A stretch of DNA of 64,000 bases from an uncultured Chitinophaga sp. (GTDB lineage: Bacteria > Bacteroidota > Bacteroidia > Chitinophagales > Chitinophagaceae), in assembly GCA_964444975.1 (NCBI GenBank), contig CAYUJD010000008.1, positions 9,496 through 73,495 on the forward strand. Direction: 5' to 3'. The notes under the pieces are model-generated. The model had not been told where the DNA came from, searched no databases, and was given only the letters and a program-made list of their open reading frames with translations. Positions 45,806 to 56,187 of this stretch are shown here, piece by piece. The position numbers and the translations under genes are program-made. The number at the start of each line of letters is the position of its first letter. Position 1 is the stretch's first letter.

Positions 45806-46746
45806 AGATAGAAATAAAAAAATATCATGGATAAAATTCCGCTGAGCATCACCAGCTTGGTCAGCTGGCTGAGCCGGTGATACTGCGGCGTACTTTGCGC
45901 TTTGAAGAGTTGCAGAAATATCAATACGAAAGGAAGGATGATGAATACAACAGCGTACACGATGGCCCACCACCACCCGAAGCGAAACACATACAGCAGC
46001 AGGATGACAAGCGAAGCAATCATAACCGCGAGCCAGACGGCGATATAAACTTTAGTTGCATTTACACCCCATACTATCGGCATGGTGCGGCAGCCGTATT
46101 TGTCATCGCCCTTCATGTCTTCAATATCCTTGATGGCTTCGCGGATGAGTGAACTGATGAATGCAAAAGCAGCATAAAGCACCCCGATGCGGGTTATTTT
46201 ATTTGAAGCTTCGGCCATGCCAGGTGGAATCATTGTCCCGATTTTTATTTCAGCAAAACAGATAATTAATATTACCCAGGCAGTAAGCAGGGAGATGAGC
46301 ATATTGCCGGAAAGCAGTTTTCGTTTTAATGAAACCGAATAGCCGAACAGCAACAGCACGCAGATACAATTGCCGGGAAGAATGTACCAGAAACCCGTGG
46401 TCCATGCCACGTAAGCGCTGAAAATGATACCCAAACCGCTCAATACAAAATGCCAGGCCATAGCCCAGCGACGTGACACGACGATATCTACCACATTGCC
46501 CATGGGTTTATTTACCTGGTCAATGTTGATATCGAAATAATCGTTGATAACATAGCCCGCAGCAGCAATTAACACGGAAGCCACCACCAGCAGAATAAAC
46601 ATCCAGCCGTCAATTGCCGGGCGTAAACCCAGCGGTTTTAATACCGGTGTTACCACAGCCTGGTGAAATAAAACCTGGGTGAGCACAATGAAAAACAGGT
46701 TGGGCAACCGCACCAGTTTCAAAAAAGCTGCAATCAGCTTCATCAA
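45802..46746 (-). CDS. UbiA family prenyltransferase
   Basis: 314 aa and polytopic, with Asp-rich motifs NDYFDINIDQVNKP and DIEDMKGDDKYG. Confidence 0.85.
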   Translation of the reverse strand: MMKLIAAFLKLVRLPNLFFIVLTQVLFHQAVVTPVLKPLGLRPAIDGWMFILLVVASVLIAAAGYVINDYFDINIDQVNKPMGNVVDIVVSRRWAMAWHFVLSGLGIIFSAYVAWTTGFWYILPGNCICVLLLFGYSVSLKRKLLSGNMLISLLTAWVILIICFAEIKIGTMIPPGMAEASNKITRIGVLYAAFAFISSLIREAIKDIEDMKGDDKYGCRTMPIVWGVNATKVYIAVWLAVMIASLVILLLYVFRFGWWWAIVYAVVFIILPFVLIFLQLFKAQSTPQYHRLSQLTKLVMLSGILSMIFFYFYL

Positions 46747-46864
46747 AAATTTTTGGAAAGATAGTAATGGCTGGTGAAACCAGGATTAGATTTTATATGC
46801 CTGCCCGGAAATGAAATACCCATAAATAATCAGTAATCAATAATAAATAATGGATAGCAGTTCA

Positions 46865-47386
46865 TCATTTCGACACCACATCTTCTTCAAACTTCCACTG
46901 CCCGTTTACCTTCAGCACTTTTTCAATCACATCCCGCACACAGCCCCGGCCGCCGTTGACAGGGGAAATGTATTTAGCAAGGCTTTTTACTTCACTTACC
47001 GCATCCGCAGGACAACAGGACAAGCCGGCTTTTTTCAGCAAGGGGATATCGGGCATATCGTCGCCCATGTAAAGCACTTCATCCCAAATAATCTTTTTAG
47101 CGGCAAGTAATTCACTTATAAATTTTGCCTTATCGGCAATACCGGTATGAATTTCCCTGATGCCAAGATATTCCAGTCTTTTTTTTGCTTCTTCCGAAAC
47201 AGCACCTGAAATTATGATGACCCGATAACCATTTCGCATGGCCATTTGCAATCCGAATCCGTCCTTGATATGCATTTGCCTCACCTGCAGCCCATCCCGC
47301 AGCACCAGCACGGTGCCATCCGTCAGCACACCGTCAATATCAAAAATGAAGGTGGTTACTTTTTTGAACTCGGAAAGCGTATTCAT
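46865..47386 (-). CDS. kdsC: 3-deoxy-D-manno-octulosonate 8-phosphate phosphatase (HAD-IIIA)
   Basis: FIFDIDGVLTDG...IKDGFGLQ...GDDMPDIPLLKKAGLSCCPADA. ATG 47386 (MNTLSEF) is preferred over the track start at 47482. Confidence 0.85.
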   Translation of the reverse strand: MNTLSEFKKVTTFIFDIDGVLTDGTVLVLRDGLQVRQMHIKDGFGLQMAMRNGYRVIIISGAVSEEAKKRLEYLGIREIHTGIADKAKFISELLAAKKIIWDEVLYMGDDMPDIPLLKKAGLSCCPADAVSEVKSLAKYISPVNGGRGCVRDVIEKVLKVNGQWKFEEDVVSK

Positions 47387-47460
47387 GCATGGCTGATTTT
47401 GGATTGCCTGTTTCGGATGGAACGCAGGCAAATCTACAATCCGGAATCCCAAATCCGAAA

Positions 47461-47700
47461 TTACTTCTGGTTGTCCCGCCACTCATACACCCAGGCGCTT
47501 TGTATCATTTCGAGATGGCCTTCGTTGCACTCCTCCCTTTTACCCTGGAAATTGGGAATCTGCAATACCCATTCGATGAGGTCAGTAAACCGGATGCGGT
47601 AAATTTTTCCTTCGTTAAAATCATCGCCGAAGTGTTCATACAGTTTCTGGGCAATGTCTTCGTAATCGGTCCAGTGAATGGGCGGTTCAAAGTGAGTCAT
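47461..47700 (-). CDS. iscX: Fe-S cluster assembly protein IscX-like
   Basis: 79 aa. It matches the E. coli IscX pattern WTD..(D/E)I...L...........(I/V)RFTDL..W...(I/L)..F......NE..LE.I...W..E. Confidence 0.7.
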   Translation of the reverse strand: MTHFEPPIHWTDYEDIAQKLYEHFGDDFNEGKIYRIRFTDLIEWVLQIPNFQGKREECNEGHLEMIQSAWVYEWRDNQK

Positions 47701-47772
47701 AGTAAATTTGAAGTCTGAAAAATGATGCCGGAGGTCAGAATTCAGACTTCTTACTTCTGACCCCAGGTTTTT

Positions 47773-48108
47773 TTATTCTCCTAAAAATTGTGTCTGGTCG
47801 GGCAGGGTAATTTCTATTTCGCCATCGCCATCGAGCAAAAGCGACTGGCATCCCAGCCTTGAATTGAGCCGCGGGTTTACGGCCCGGTCAATAAAATCTT
47901 CCTCCTTATCACTTATTTCATCAATATGCTCCATCCCTTTTTCTATATATAAATGACAAGTAGTGCAGGCACATACTCCTCCACAATTGTGATGCAGCTC
48001 AATGTCGTTTTTCAGGCAGATCTCCAGCAGGGTTTGCCCGGGTTCCAGGTTTTCTAAGGTCAGTGGCTCCAGTCCTTTCTGCTCAAAATTAATCTTCAGG
48101 TTGTACAT
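47773..48108 (-). CDS. fdx: 2Fe-2S ferredoxin (adrenodoxin/ISC Fdx type)
   Basis: 111 aa with the Cys pattern CGGVCACTTCH...C (RLGCQ). Confidence 0.85.
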   Translation of the reverse strand: MYNLKINFEQKGLEPLTLENLEPGQTLLEICLKNDIELHHNCGGVCACTTCHLYIEKGMEHIDEISDKEEDFIDRAVNPRLNSRLGCQSLLLDGDGEIEITLPDQTQFLGE

Positions 48109-48221
48109 TTTTGCTTTTTTGAGGCGTGCAAATGTAACCGGAAAAGCAAAAAAGGCATTTACTTGATTGGGAAAAGCGTTTGCAAATTTGCTGATGGGCG
48201 GATGTGATAAACAGAAGGCTG

Positions 48222-48989
48222 TTATTGTACGGAAAAACTACGGATGCTCTCCGTCATAAATTCATATACTTTTTTCAACTGCGGAAACTCTTTCAATAAT
48301 TCCAGGTGCTTTTGAATGGTGCTTTCATCCTTTCTTTTGACCGGCCCGGTCTGCGCTTCGGCGGGTGAAATGGTTTTGATTCTTGCTGCCGTTTCTTCAA
48401 TCAGCGGCAGCAGCTCACGGAAATCAAGGCCCTCTTTTTTGCAATAGTCTTCAGCCAGCACATACAGATGATTGGTGAAATTGTTCACGAATACAGCTGC
48501 AATATGCAGCTTCAGTCTTTCATCGTCGCCTGCCTGCTTTGCATGCTGTGGCGCTATGGATGTTGCCAGCATTTCCAGCTTTTTCCGGGACGCCTCATCG
48601 CTGGCATCAAAAAAAATGGGGGCGTCGGGCAATTCATTTATTTCTTCACGCATACTTTGCAGCGGGTAAAACACACCATGATGACTGCTAACTTTTTTCA
48701 ATACATCTTTTGACACCGAAGCAGCCGTATGCGCCACCAGTTTGCCGGGCAGTTTCAAATCGGCCACCACTTCCTCAATGGCATCGTCGCTTACGGCAAT
48801 GATATAAACATCGGCGTTTTTATTCACCAGGCTCCAGTAGTTGGTGCTTTCTGTATCCCATTCATAAGCCAGCCTGCTGGCAGCAGATGCATTACGGCTG
48901 GCTACCTGCAAAATATGATGCCCGGCCGCTTTAAATTTTCTTCCGAGCACAGCAGCCACATTACCCGAACCAATAATAACTATCTTCAT
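48222..48989 (-). CDS. Rossmann-like and DUF2520 domain protein
   Basis: MKIVIIGSGNVAAVLGRKF (GxGxxA) at the N-terminus and a C-terminal DUF2520-like region. ATG 48989 is preferred. Confidence 0.7.
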   Translation of the reverse strand: MKIVIIGSGNVAAVLGRKFKAAGHHILQVASRNASAASRLAYEWDTESTNYWSLVNKNADVYIIAVSDDAIEEVVADLKLPGKLVAHTAASVSKDVLKKVSSHHGVFYPLQSMREEINELPDAPIFFDASDEASRKKLEMLATSIAPQHAKQAGDDERLKLHIAAVFVNNFTNHLYVLAEDYCKKEGLDFRELLPLIEETAARIKTISPAEAQTGPVKRKDESTIQKHLELLKEFPQLKKVYEFMTESIRSFSVQ

Positions 48990-49075
48990 AAAATCCTCCT
49001 GTTTCCTTCTGCCCCGCAAAAGGTGGTGTAATCCTTTTTACAATTAGTAATAACAACAGAAGTTATTTTTGTAAA

Positions 49076-49921
49076 ATGACAAAGTTAGGGCAACAGCTTG
49101 CGATTGGCTATTACCGAACAAAATTTAAAATGCTTTCGGCCATCTCCAACAAAAAAACAGCCGAGCTGGCATTGGAACTATTCTGTACGCCACAATTACG
49201 ATACAAGAAAACATTGCCGGAAATTTTTAAGCAGGCTGAGAAACTTCAGTTCAGGCATTACGGCGAAACAGTGACCGGTTACCGCTGGAACCGCGGTGGT
49301 CACCGAAAGGTGCTGATTGCACATGGATTCAATTCCACGGTAGCAAAATTTGACCGTTACATAAAACCGCTGGTGCGAAAGGAGTATGAAGTGCTGGCCT
49401 TTGATGCGCCGGCACATGGCTACAGTACGGGCAAAACCATCAATGCCGTGATGTTTAAAGACATGATTACACATATTAATAAAGAATATGGCCCTGTAAA
49501 ATCCTTTATGGGTCATTCATTCGGCGGGCTGGCTATCAGTCTTGGGCTGGAAGAAATTGAACACGATGAGAACACCCGTGTCGTTTTGATTGCGCCGGCT
49601 ACAGAGTCAAAAACCGCTATTGACACTTTCTTTTCATTTATGAAACTGAATGATGCGGTGCGGAAAGAATTTGATGAATATATTTTCCGGTTGCGCAACA
49701 AGCCGCCGGAATGGTACTCGGTAAGCCGGGCTGTAGAAAATATCAAAGCGAAAATTCTCTGGTGCCATGATAAAGACGATGTGATGACACCCTGGGCTGA
49801 TGCAGCGAAAGTTATGGAGAGGGAACACCTGAATATTGAATTTATAGTAACTAAGGGGCTTGGTCACCGGCGGATTTACCGGGAGAACAGCATTTTTAAA
49901 GCGATAATCGAATTTCTGTAA
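49076..49921 (+). CDS. alpha/beta hydrolase
   Basis: 281 aa with nucleophile elbow GHSFGG, an upstream HGF motif, and a late D and H (HDKDD, GLGH). Confidence 0.8.
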   Translation: MTKLGQQLAIGYYRTKFKMLSAISNKKTAELALELFCTPQLRYKKTLPEIFKQAEKLQFRHYGETVTGYRWNRGGHRKVLIAHGFNSTVAKFDRYIKPLVRKEYEVLAFDAPAHGYSTGKTINAVMFKDMITHINKEYGPVKSFMGHSFGGLAISLGLEEIEHDENTRVVLIAPATESKTAIDTFFSFMKLNDAVRKEFDEYIFRLRNKPPEWYSVSRAVENIKAKILWCHDKDDVMTPWADAAKVMEREHLNIEFIVTKGLGHRRIYRENSIFKAIIEFL

Positions 49922-49934
49922 ATACGATGAACCC

Positions 49935-50672
49935 ATGAAAATGATTACCGGCATTAACAGACGGCATCGCTTTTCAAACAGTATGATTTATTTATTCCTT
50001 CTTCTTATTTTCACCGCTGCAAAACAAAAACCCGGGCATAGCCCAGTGACGGATCTGGCTAATTTGACCACTATGACTTATTCCCTCCTCACCCTCGGCG
50101 ACTCTTACACCATCGGCGAAAGTGTGATGCTCACCGGAAGTTTCCCGTACCAGGCTGTGCAGGTACTGCGCAAAGCAGGCTATGATTTTAGTGCACCGGA
50201 AATCATTGCTAAAACCGGTTGGACAACAGATGAATTACAGGCGGCAATTAATCAACACAAATTTCTTCCCTCTTATGATTTTGTTACCCTTTTAATTGGC
50301 GTGAACAATCAGTACCGCGGCCGTTCGGTTGAAAATTATAAGCCGGAATTTGAAAGTTTGCTGAAACAAGCCATTCAGTTTGCCGGCAGCAAAGCATACC
50401 GTGTCATCGTGCTTTCCATTCCGGACTGGAGCGTTACTCCATTCGCTGAAGGCAGGGACAGAAAAAAGATTGCGCAAGAAATAGACGAATACAATTTGGT
50501 CAGCAAATCAATCGCTGAAAAATATAAAGTTTATTATGTGGACATAACCACCGGCACCCGTGAAGCTGCCACAGATACATCCCTGGTTGCACCAGACGGT
50601 TTGCACCCATCAGCAAAAGAATATAGCCGGTGGGCAGAAAAAATTGCCATCCTGATAAAAGCGCAGCTATAA
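49935..50672 (+). CDS. SGNH/GDSL hydrolase family protein
   Basis: Contains LTLGDSYTIGE (block I GDS), GVNNQ (block III) and the APDGLHPS-type block V. Confidence 0.8.
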   Translation: MKMITGINRRHRFSNSMIYLFLLLIFTAAKQKPGHSPVTDLANLTTMTYSLLTLGDSYTIGESVMLTGSFPYQAVQVLRKAGYDFSAPEIIAKTGWTTDELQAAINQHKFLPSYDFVTLLIGVNNQYRGRSVENYKPEFESLLKQAIQFAGSKAYRVIVLSIPDWSVTPFAEGRDRKKIAQEIDEYNLVSKSIAEKYKVYYVDITTGTREAATDTSLVAPDGLHPSAKEYSRWAEKIAILIKAQL

Positions 50673-50838
50673 TTTTTTATTCAAAAGAATTTTCTTCTCA
50701 TTTCCAGAAGGTTGCGCCTTCACTTTTGCGTCTGGTCCGATGCCGGCAATAAGAGCACTTTCAGAAAATTAAAAATTCTGCGTTATTATTGCATCCGTCG
50801 AGCCGGTTGCTGGCAGAAAAAATTTATTAAAACCTGAT

Positions 50839-53409
50839 ATGGCGAAAAACCTGTTAATAGTTGAAAGCCCTGCGAAAGCGAAAACAATTGAAAAGATACT
50901 GGGCAAAGATTTCCAGGTGAAGAGTTGCTTTGGACACATCCGCGACCTGCAAAAGGCCGGCATGGGTATTGACATGGAAAAGAATTATGCACCTACCTAT
51001 ATTATTCCCCCCGAAAAGGAAAAAGTAGTGAAGGATCTGAAGAGCCTTGCAAAAAAATCGGATGAAGTATGGCTGGCAACCGATGAAGACCGCGAAGGCG
51101 AAGCCATCAGCTGGCATTTGTGCGAAGTGCTGGGGCTTGACCCGCGGAAAACCAAGCGGATTGTTTTTCATGAAATCACCCGGCCTGCTATAAAAGAAGC
51201 GGTAGAAAATCCAAGAACCGTGGACATGAACCTGGTGATGGCCCAGCAGGCCCGGCGGGTGCTTGACCGCATTGTTGGTTTTGAGCTCAGCCCCGTGCTG
51301 TGGCGAAAAATAAGCATGCGCAACAACCTCAGCGCCGGTCGTGTGCAAAGTGTGGCCGTGCGGCTGATTGCAGAAAGGGAAAGAGAGATAAACGCTTTCA
51401 ATACAACTTCTTCATTTAAGATTGAAGCGTTTTTTACAGCTAAAGATGTTTCAGATAAGCCGGTAACGTTTTCGGCCGAAGGCAAAAAACAAAACAGTGC
51501 CGAAGATGCCGAAGCATTTTTGAAAAGCTGTGTCGGCGCCATTTACACGGTAAGCGATATACAGGTAAAGCCGGGAAAAAAATCGCCTGCCCCTCCTTTC
51601 ACAACTTCCACCTTGCAGCAGGAGGCATCACGCAAGCTGGGCTATGGCGTAAGCCGCACTATGCTGCTGGCCCAAAAGCTGTACGAGAGCGGTAAGATTA
51701 CTTATATGCGTACCGACAGTGTGAACCTGAGCAAAACAGCATTGGCCGAGCTGACAAAGACAATTAAAAGCATGTATGGTGAACGGTACCACCAGTTCCG
51801 TACTTATAAAAACAAAAGTGAAAGTGCGCAGGAAGCCCATGAGGCTATTCGCCCTACGGACATGAGCCGCACCACCGTGGAAGAAACCGATTGCCAGAAA
51901 CTGTATGAACTTATCTGGAAACGAACCATGGCCTGCCAGATGGCTGATGCGGAAACAGAAAGAACAACGGCGAAGATTACCATTTCTACCAACAACGAAG
52001 AACTGACCGCACAGGGTGAAGTGCTGAAATTTGATGGTTTTCTGAAAGTGTATCGTGAGGACAGGGATGAGGATGAACTGGCCGAAGAAGCACAGGAGGG
52101 CATGCTGCCGCCATTAACTGCAGGCCAGCAGTTGCCGCTGAAAGAAATGAAAGCCGTAGAAAGATTTACCCGCCCGGCGCCGCGATATACGGAAGCATCA
52201 CTGGTAAAAAAACTGGAAGAATTGGGTATCGGCCGGCCTTCCACGTACGCTCCTACTATTTCGACCATTTTAAAAAGAGGCTATGTGGAGAAAAGAGATA
52301 AGGAGGGTGCGAAAAGAAATTACCAGGTATGGGTGTTGAAGAAAGACCACCTGGCCAAACACACCGAGTGGGAAAACACCGGTGCAGAAAAAGCAAAACT
52401 ATTTCCCACTGATCTCGGGCTGGTGGTTACGGATTTCCTGACGCAGTACTTCGACGACATTATGGATTACGGTTTTACCGCACGGATTGAAGAAGAATTT
52501 GATGAAGTGGCTGATGGAAAAATGAAATGGCATAAGATGATTGATGATTTTTACCTGCCATTTAAAAAAGATGTTGATAAGACTATTGAAACAGCTGAAC
52601 GGGCCGTAGGTGAAAGAGAACTCGGCATTGACCCCCTTACAGGAAAAAGGGTGATTGCCCGGATGGGGCGTTATGGACCCATGGTACAGATGGGTGATGC
52701 CGATGATGAACAGAAACCGCATTTTGCTGCGCTGAAAAGAGACCAGAGTATTGAAACCATTACTCTCGATGAAGCACTCGACCTGTTTAAACTGCCGCTG
52801 ACACTTGGCCAGTATGAAGGCGAAGAAGTGTATGTGAACACCGGACGCTTTGGTCCTTATGTAAAATTCGGCGAGCAGTTCATTTCTATTCCCAAAGGTG
52901 AAGCCCCACTGGAAATGGACCTGGAACGTGCCATCGAGCTGATAAAAGAAAAACAAAAGGCCGATGCGCCGATTGCCACATTTGACGGTAAACCGGTGAC
53001 AAAAGGTAAAGGCCGTTTCGGACCGTATATAAAATGGAACAACATGTTCATTAATGTGCCGCGGCGTTACAATCATGACAGGCTGAGCCAGGCCGAGGTA
53101 AATGAACTGATTGAAGCCAAAATAAAAAAAGAAGCCAACCGCTATATACAGCATTGGCCCGAAGAAAAAATTTCTCTCGAAAATGCCCGCTGGGGCCCCA
53201 TCATTAAATATGGAAAAAAAATAATCAGACTGCCGAAAAAAACTGATGAAACAAAATATTCCGCTGAAGAATTAAAAACAGTGCCGCTGGAGGAAGTAAA
53301 AAAATGGATTGAGGCGGAGCTGCCGGGTGCCTTCGAGAAAAAACGAACTGCAAAAAAAACCGCCGGGAAAAAAACTATGGTAAAAAAGAAGTCAGCAAAC
53401 AAGAAATAA
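50839..53409 (+). CDS. topA: DNA topoisomerase I (type IA)
   Basis: 856 aa. The Toprim region is LLIVESPAKAKTIEK and DEDREGEAISWH. The catalytic region is ITYMRTDS. Four C-terminal GR(F/Y)GPY-type repeats and a Lys-rich tail follow. Confidence 0.97.
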   Translation: MAKNLLIVESPAKAKTIEKILGKDFQVKSCFGHIRDLQKAGMGIDMEKNYAPTYIIPPEKEKVVKDLKSLAKKSDEVWLATDEDREGEAISWHLCEVLGLDPRKTKRIVFHEITRPAIKEAVENPRTVDMNLVMAQQARRVLDRIVGFELSPVLWRKISMRNNLSAGRVQSVAVRLIAEREREINAFNTTSSFKIEAFFTAKDVSDKPVTFSAEGKKQNSAEDAEAFLKSCVGAIYTVSDIQVKPGKKSPAPPFTTSTLQQEASRKLGYGVSRTMLLAQKLYESGKITYMRTDSVNLSKTALAELTKTIKSMYGERYHQFRTYKNKSESAQEAHEAIRPTDMSRTTVEETDCQKLYELIWKRTMACQMADAETERTTAKITISTNNEELTAQGEVLKFDGFLKVYREDRDEDELAEEAQEGMLPPLTAGQQLPLKEMKAVERFTRPAPRYTEASLVKKLEELGIGRPSTYAPTISTILKRGYVEKRDKEGAKRNYQVWVLKKDHLAKHTEWENTGAEKAKLFPTDLGLVVTDFLTQYFDDIMDYGFTARIEEEFDEVADGKMKWHKMIDDFYLPFKKDVDKTIETAERAVGERELGIDPLTGKRVIARMGRYGPMVQMGDADDEQKPHFAALKRDQSIETITLDEALDLFKLPLTLGQYEGEEVYVNTGRFGPYVKFGEQFISIPKGEAPLEMDLERAIELIKEKQKADAPIATFDGKPVTKGKGRFGPYIKWNNMFINVPRRYNHDRLSQAEVNELIEAKIKKEANRYIQHWPEEKISLENARWGPIIKYGKKIIRLPKKTDETKYSAEELKTVPLEEVKKWIEAELPGAFEKKRTAKKTAGKKTMVKKKSANKK

Positions 53410-53484
53410 TTGTTGAACGGTTGAATGGTTAAATTGCAGTTTATCACCAAAACAATTTAACCACATAACCATTTTGCTCATTCC

Positions 53485-54930
53485 TCACATCGCCAGTTTC
53501 CACCCTTCCCGGTATTCTCTTTTCACAAACTGGTTGGCCGGTTCAAAGTTGGTTATCTTCATATTCGGACCATCCCACAGCAATTGTTTTCTGCCATTGA
53601 ATTTTCGCTGGTTGTTCACCATTTCAAAATAATTATAGCTGAGTACTGCAAGATTACCCATCAGCACGGTTTCTGTCAGCGGCCCGGCTTGTGAGAAAGG
53701 AGAACTGGTGTAGGCGCCAAAACCTTTTTTACAGGCATCCGTCCATTGTTTCTGGTGAGCTTCAGGTCCGCCTGGTACAAAGGGGTATCTTGATGTGGGA
53801 AGATTGGTTGATTTCATCAGTTGGGTCGGCAGCAAGGTGGGTTTGCGGCCCCACAGGCCGGTCATCAGTTTTCCTTTGGTTCCTTCAAATAAAATTCCAC
53901 CATCCCATTCACCAAATTCTTCATCTGGCAACAACTCAGCGGGTCGTTTGGGTTTAATGCCCCCATCGTACCAAATCATTTCCACCGGAGGGAGGTTGCC
54001 ACGCTTTGGAAACCGGATATGAATTTTTGCCGATGGCGGAAAACTTCCCTTGTAAAAACTTTCCTGGAAGAAACCCGTATACACAGAAGTAACGCTGCAC
54101 TCCACCGCGTCAGGGTAACCCAATTTCAATGCACGATACGGCACATCAATAAAATGACAACCCATATCGCCCAATGAGCCGGTGCCGAAATCGGTCCATC
54201 CGCGCCAGATAGCAGGCAGGTAAGCAGGATGATAATCCCTGTAAGGCGCGGTACCCAGCCACAGATCCCAATCCACTTCTTTTGGTATTTCATGTTTGCC
54301 GGTGGGCAAAGAAACACCCGAAGGCCACACGGGGCGGTTGGTCCACACATGCACGGTATGCACTTCACCAATCAGTCCTTCCTGTATCCATGTTTCTACA
54401 TTTCTAGTATCATCGCCGCTGCTGCCCTGGTTGCCCATTTGCGTTACTACTTTATATTTCTTTTCTGCTTCGGTCAGCATTCTTGCTTCATAAATATCGT
54501 GTGTGAGCGGCTTCTCCACATATACATGCTTGCCCAGCTGCATGCAGGGCAATGCCTGCACGGCATGCATGTGATCAGGGGTGGTGATGATGACGGCGTC
54601 AATCGTTTTATGTTCTTTATCCAGCATTTCACGGTAATCTTTATAATAAAGTGCAGTGGGCCATTTGTTTCTTGCTTTCACACTCATGCGGTCGTCCACA
54701 TCGCAAAGAGCAACGATGTTTTCAGCGCCGTTATTCCATGCATTAGGAAGATTTACTTCGGCTTTGCCGCCACAGCCGATGCCGGCAATATTCAGTTTAT
54801 CGCTGGGTGCAATAAATCCCCTGCCGAGTACATGCCGGGGCACAATCATCAGTCCGCCTGCCACCAAAGCAGAATAGCGGATAAAAGAGCGGCGGGAAAA
54901 ATGCTGACCTGTTTTATCTTGCTGTTTCAT
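53485..54930 (-). CDS. Gfo/Idh/MocA family oxidoreductase with a twin-arginine signal
   Basis: 481 aa with SRRSFIRYSALVAGGLMI (Tat-like) and a Rossmann region LNIAGIGCGGKA. Confidence 0.85.
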   Translation of the reverse strand: MKQQDKTGQHFSRRSFIRYSALVAGGLMIVPRHVLGRGFIAPSDKLNIAGIGCGGKAEVNLPNAWNNGAENIVALCDVDDRMSVKARNKWPTALYYKDYREMLDKEHKTIDAVIITTPDHMHAVQALPCMQLGKHVYVEKPLTHDIYEARMLTEAEKKYKVVTQMGNQGSSGDDTRNVETWIQEGLIGEVHTVHVWTNRPVWPSGVSLPTGKHEIPKEVDWDLWLGTAPYRDYHPAYLPAIWRGWTDFGTGSLGDMGCHFIDVPYRALKLGYPDAVECSVTSVYTGFFQESFYKGSFPPSAKIHIRFPKRGNLPPVEMIWYDGGIKPKRPAELLPDEEFGEWDGGILFEGTKGKLMTGLWGRKPTLLPTQLMKSTNLPTSRYPFVPGGPEAHQKQWTDACKKGFGAYTSSPFSQAGPLTETVLMGNLAVLSYNYFEMVNNQRKFNGRKQLLWDGPNMKITNFEPANQFVKREYREGWKLAM

Positions 54931-55026
54931 TAAAAAATTTTTGTCAAGTTACTGGATAGAAAAGAATCGGCAAAAAACGGGAAAATTTTTATTCACGCCA
55001 CACCGGCCTGTTCTTAATTTTACTGC

Positions 55027-56187
55027 ATGAAATGCATCCTGCTTTTACCGGTATTAATAATTTTCCTGTTTGGCTCATACCCAAAAAAAACATACGAAGT
55101 AAATCAGCAGCAGAAAAAATTCTACCGCTGGGATGAATTCAGCATGGGTGTGGATTTGTCCTATGTCAATCAGATTGAAGATTACGGAGGTGTTTACCAC
55201 GACTCAGGCAAGGTGAAAGACTGCTTCCGGATATTAAAAGATCATGGCGCCAATACCGTTCGTGTACGGCTATGGCATACGCCGGCATGGGTGGGTAAAC
55301 TGAACAACGGGAAATTGTATTATGATTTATACGGAGTGGAAAAAACCATCCGACGGGCAAAAGAAGCCGGGATGGCTGTCAGCCTGGACATTCATTACAG
55401 CGACACGTGGGCTGATCCGCAAAAACAGGAAATTCCCGCAGCATGGGCCGGGTTACCATTAAAAATTCTTAAAGACTCAGTTTATCATTATACTCTTGAT
55501 GTTTTAAATTATATTAAAAGTAAAAACCTGGTGCCTGAATTGGTACAAGTGGGCAATGAAACCAACAATGGCATGTGCTGGCCTGTTGGTAAAATTGTAA
55601 ACAATGATTTTTTCAACTATGCTGTTCTGCTGAAAAGCGGCATCAAAGCCGTAAGAGATTTCTCAAAAACATCCACCGTCAAACCCCAAGTCATCATTCA
55701 TGAGGCGCAGCTGCAATCCATCGGCTGGTGGATGAATGGGATAACCAAAGCGGGTGTGAAAGATTACGACATCATCGGCCTTTCACATTACACCAAATGG
55801 AGCAATGTAAAGACCATGCAGGGTGTGACGGACAGCATCCGCATGCTGAGAAAGAAGTACAAAAAAACGGTGATGATCGTAGAAACCGGTTACCCGTGGA
55901 CCACCGGCAATGCGGATAATTACAATAACATTTTTTCGCCTGCCGATTCGGCGCCCGGTTATGGCATTTCAGAAGAAGAGCAATTCCGCTATTTGAAAGA
56001 TTTGACCCAGGCTGTGATGGATGGTGGCGGTAAAGGAGTACAGTACTGGGAACCGGCATGGATTACATCAAAGCTGAAAGACGGCTGGGGCACCGGCAGC
56101 AGCTGGGATAATGTGACGCTGTTTGATTTCAACGGCAATGTGCTGAAGGGAGCCGGCTTTATGTGCTGGCCGTATAAGATTAACTAA
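55027..56187 (+). CDS. arabinogalactan endo-beta-1,4-galactanase (GH53)
   Basis: 386 aa with GVDLSYVNQIE, NTVRVRLWH, DIHYSDTWADP, VQVGNETNNGM (acid/base Glu) and IVETGYPW (nucleophile Glu). Confidence 0.85.
   Translation: MKCILLLPVLIIFLFGSYPKKTYEVNQQQKKFYRWDEFSMGVDLSYVNQIEDYGGVYHDSGKVKDCFRILKDHGANTVRVRLWHTPAWVGKLNNGKLYYDLYGVEKTIRRAKEAGMAVSLDIHYSDTWADPQKQEIPAAWAGLPLKILKDSVYHYTLDVLNYIKSKNLVPELVQVGNETNNGMCWPVGKIVNNDFFNYAVLLKSGIKAVRDFSKTSTVKPQVIIHEAQLQSIGWWMNGITKAGVKDYDIIGLSHYTKWSNVKTMQGVTDSIRMLRKKYKKTVMIVETGYPWTTGNADNYNNIFSPADSAPGYGISEEEQFRYLKDLTQAVMDGGGKGVQYWEPAWITSKLKDGWGTGSSWDNVTLFDFNGNVLKGAGFMCWPYKIN

Noticed and set aside
45806-45976. N-terminal extensions of maf (GTG at 45976), kdsC (47482), argS (13089), cdd (60407) and the DUF2520 gene (49019)
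   Set aside because: The extensions overlap upstream genes or low-complexity spacers and lack similarity to the families. Internal ATGs give canonical N-termini.
53427-53462. GGTTAAATTG-N16-CAATTTAACC hairpin between convergent topA and the oxidoreductase gene, as a terminator
   Set aside because: The loop is large (16 nt) and no T-run follows on either strand. I did not list it as a terminator feature, though it may still act as one in Bacteroidota.
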